DNA of 23,486 nucleotides from Spirulina subsalsa FACHB-351 (GTDB lineage: Bacteria > Cyanobacteriota > Cyanobacteriia > Cyanobacteriales > Spirulinaceae): contig NZ_JAIHOM010000078.1 in NCBI RefSeq assembly GCF_026130165.1, forward strand, positions 1 through 23,486, given 5' to 3'. Of the stretch, positions 22,239-23,486 are shown piece by piece (the stretch's first letter is position 1; each line of letters begins with the position of its first letter). Under the pieces are notes generated by a model. That model ran no database searches, was not told the origin of the DNA, and was given only the letters and a program-made list of their open reading frames with translations. Made by a program: the position numbers and the translations under genes.

Positions 22239-23486
22239 ATGGCAACGGTTAACGAAAATTACCTTAAACTGAAAGCCGGATATCTGTTTCCGGAAATTGC
22301 TCGTCGTGTCAATGCGTTTGCGGCAGCGAATCCCAAGGCACCCATCATTAAGTTGGGGATTGGGGATGTGACAGAACCCTTACCGGAAGCCTGTCGCCGT
22401 GCTATGATCCAAGCGGTTGAGGAAATGGGCGATCGCAACACCTTCAAAGGCTACGGCCCAGAACAAGGCTATGGCTGGCTACGGGAGAAAATCGCTCACC
22501 ATGATTTTCAAGCCAGAGGCTGTGATATAGAGCCGGACGAAATCTTCATCTCTGACGGTTCTAAGTGCGATACAGGCAACATTCTAGACATTTTTGGCAA
22601 AAACAATAAAATTGCTGTCACCGACCCCGTATATCCCGTTTATGTGGATACCAACGTCATGGCCGGACACACCGGAGAAGCCAACGACCAAGGAGAATAT
22701 GGTGGCTTAGTCTATCTTCCTATCAGCGCGGACAATCACTTTACAGCCCAAATTCCCTCGGAGGCCGTTGATTTAATCTACCTCTGTTTCCCTAACAACC
22801 CCACCGGGGCTACAGCGACCAAGGAACACCTAGCGGCTTGGGTCAACTACGCCAGAAGCCACAACGCCATCATTTTCTTTGATGCTGCCTACGAGGCCTT
22901 TATTACCGATGCTAGCCTCCCTCACTCCATCTATGAAATCGAAGGCGCTCGGGACTGTGCCATTGAGTTCCGTTCCTTCTCCAAAAATGCCGGATTTACC
23001 GGAACTCGTTGCGCTTTCACCGTTGTCCCCAAAACCCTCACCGCTCAAGCCTCAGATGGGTCTAAAGTGGAATTGTGGAAACTCTGGAATCGTCGTCAGT
23101 CCACCAAATTTAATGGGGTCTCCTACATTGTCCAACGGGGAGCCGAGGCCGTTTATTCCGATGCCGGACAAGAGCAAATTAAAGCCTTAGTCAGTTTTTA
23201 TCTGGAAAATGCCCGCATTATCCGCGAACAACTGACAGCCGCCGGAATCCAAGTTTATGGGGGGGTGAATGCGCCCTATGTGTGGGTGAAAACCCCGGAT
23301 AATCTTTCGAGTTGGGATTTCTTTGATAAGTTGCTGCAAACCTGCCATGTTGTGGGAACGCCCGGTTCCGGTTTTGGGGCGGCCGGAGAGGGCTATTTCC
23401 GCATTTCTGCCTTTAATAGTCGGGCTAATGTGGAAGAGGCGATGAAACGGATTACAGGACAGTTCACAGTAGGGAATAGGGAATAG
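22239..23486 (+). CDS. dapL: LL-diaminopimelate aminotransferase
   Basis: The N-terminus [24 protein letters not shown], together with [10 protein letters not shown], the [16 protein letters not shown]-lysine region and [13 protein letters not shown], is characteristic of DapL. The final codons V-G-N-R-E-stop are encoded by GGGAATAGGGAATAG at the window edge. Confidence 0.93.
   Translation: MATVNENYLKLKAGYLFPEIARRVNAFAAANPKAPIIKLGIGDVTEPLPEACRRAMIQAVEEMGDRNTFKGYGPEQGYGWLREKIAHHDFQARGCDIEPDEIFISDGSKCDTGNILDIFGKNNKIAVTDPVYPVYVDTNVMAGHTGEANDQGEYGGLVYLPISADNHFTAQIPSEAVDLIYLCFPNNPTGATATKEHLAAWVNYARSHNAIIFFDAAYEAFITDASLPHSIYEIEGARDCAIEFRSFSKNAGFTGTRCAFTVVPKTLTAQASDGSKVELWKLWNRRQSTKFNGVSYIVQRGAEAVYSDAGQEQIKALVSFYLENARIIREQLTAAGIQVYGGVNAPYVWVKTPDNLSSWDFFDKLLQTCHVVGTPGSGFGAAGEGYFRISAFNSRANVEEAMKRITGQFTVGNRE
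23470..23486. repeat. GGGAATA heptamer repeat (at least 2 units, truncated by the window end)
   Basis: GTAGGGAATAGGGAATAG uses the same heptamer as 3197-3223. The array probably continues beyond the window. Confidence 0.7.

Overview
This looks like a chromosomal segment of a cyanobacterium. I count at least 18 copies of the HIP1 octamer GCGATCGC by eye. Heptamer and octamer tandem repeats and hairpin repeat families suggest a filamentous Oscillatoriales-like genome, but the species cannot be assigned from sequence alone.

Most of the window is housekeeping. It holds a family-5 ABC substrate-binding lipoprotein, tRNA-Leu(UAG), fmt, an MltA-type lytic transglycosylase, mutS and a pyruvate kinase with a C-terminal PEP-utilizer swivel domain. 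It also holds a UDP-glucuronate-4-epimerase-like SDR, an SLC13/TrkA-C permease, dapL and several conserved hypotheticals.

Three things stand out:
1. An apparently uncharacterised envelope module lies at 7360-11414, just downstream of mltA. It comprises a protein with a peptidoglycan-binding domain, a TM segment, a Pro-rich linker and HEAT repeats. Next comes a MotA/TolQ/ExbB-type channel protein with a roughly 210-aa Gln-rich coiled-coil tail. Last come two divergent, paralogous ExbD/TolR-like single-pass proteins, only one of which keeps the transmembrane Asp.
2. A small accessory islet lies at about 15.4-17.2 kb. It holds a decayed ParE/RelE-like toxin and an AT-rich MntA/HepT (nucleotidyltransferase/HEPN) toxin-antitoxin cassette. 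The cassette sits inside one unit of a 91-bp tandem repeat array, with the unit's 5' end duplicated on both sides.
3. A composite short-repeat element family (GGGAATA / TGATAAT / TCCCCTGC) sits on or within 10 nt of four gene 3' ends. It supplies the identical C-terminus G-N-R-E-stop to both fmt and dapL.

A roughly 700-bp gene-poor gap (11415-12115) contains a 35-codon hydrophobic ORF with a strong Shine-Dalgarno sequence that the ORF track missed. All functional calls rest on motif recognition by eye; no database search was run.
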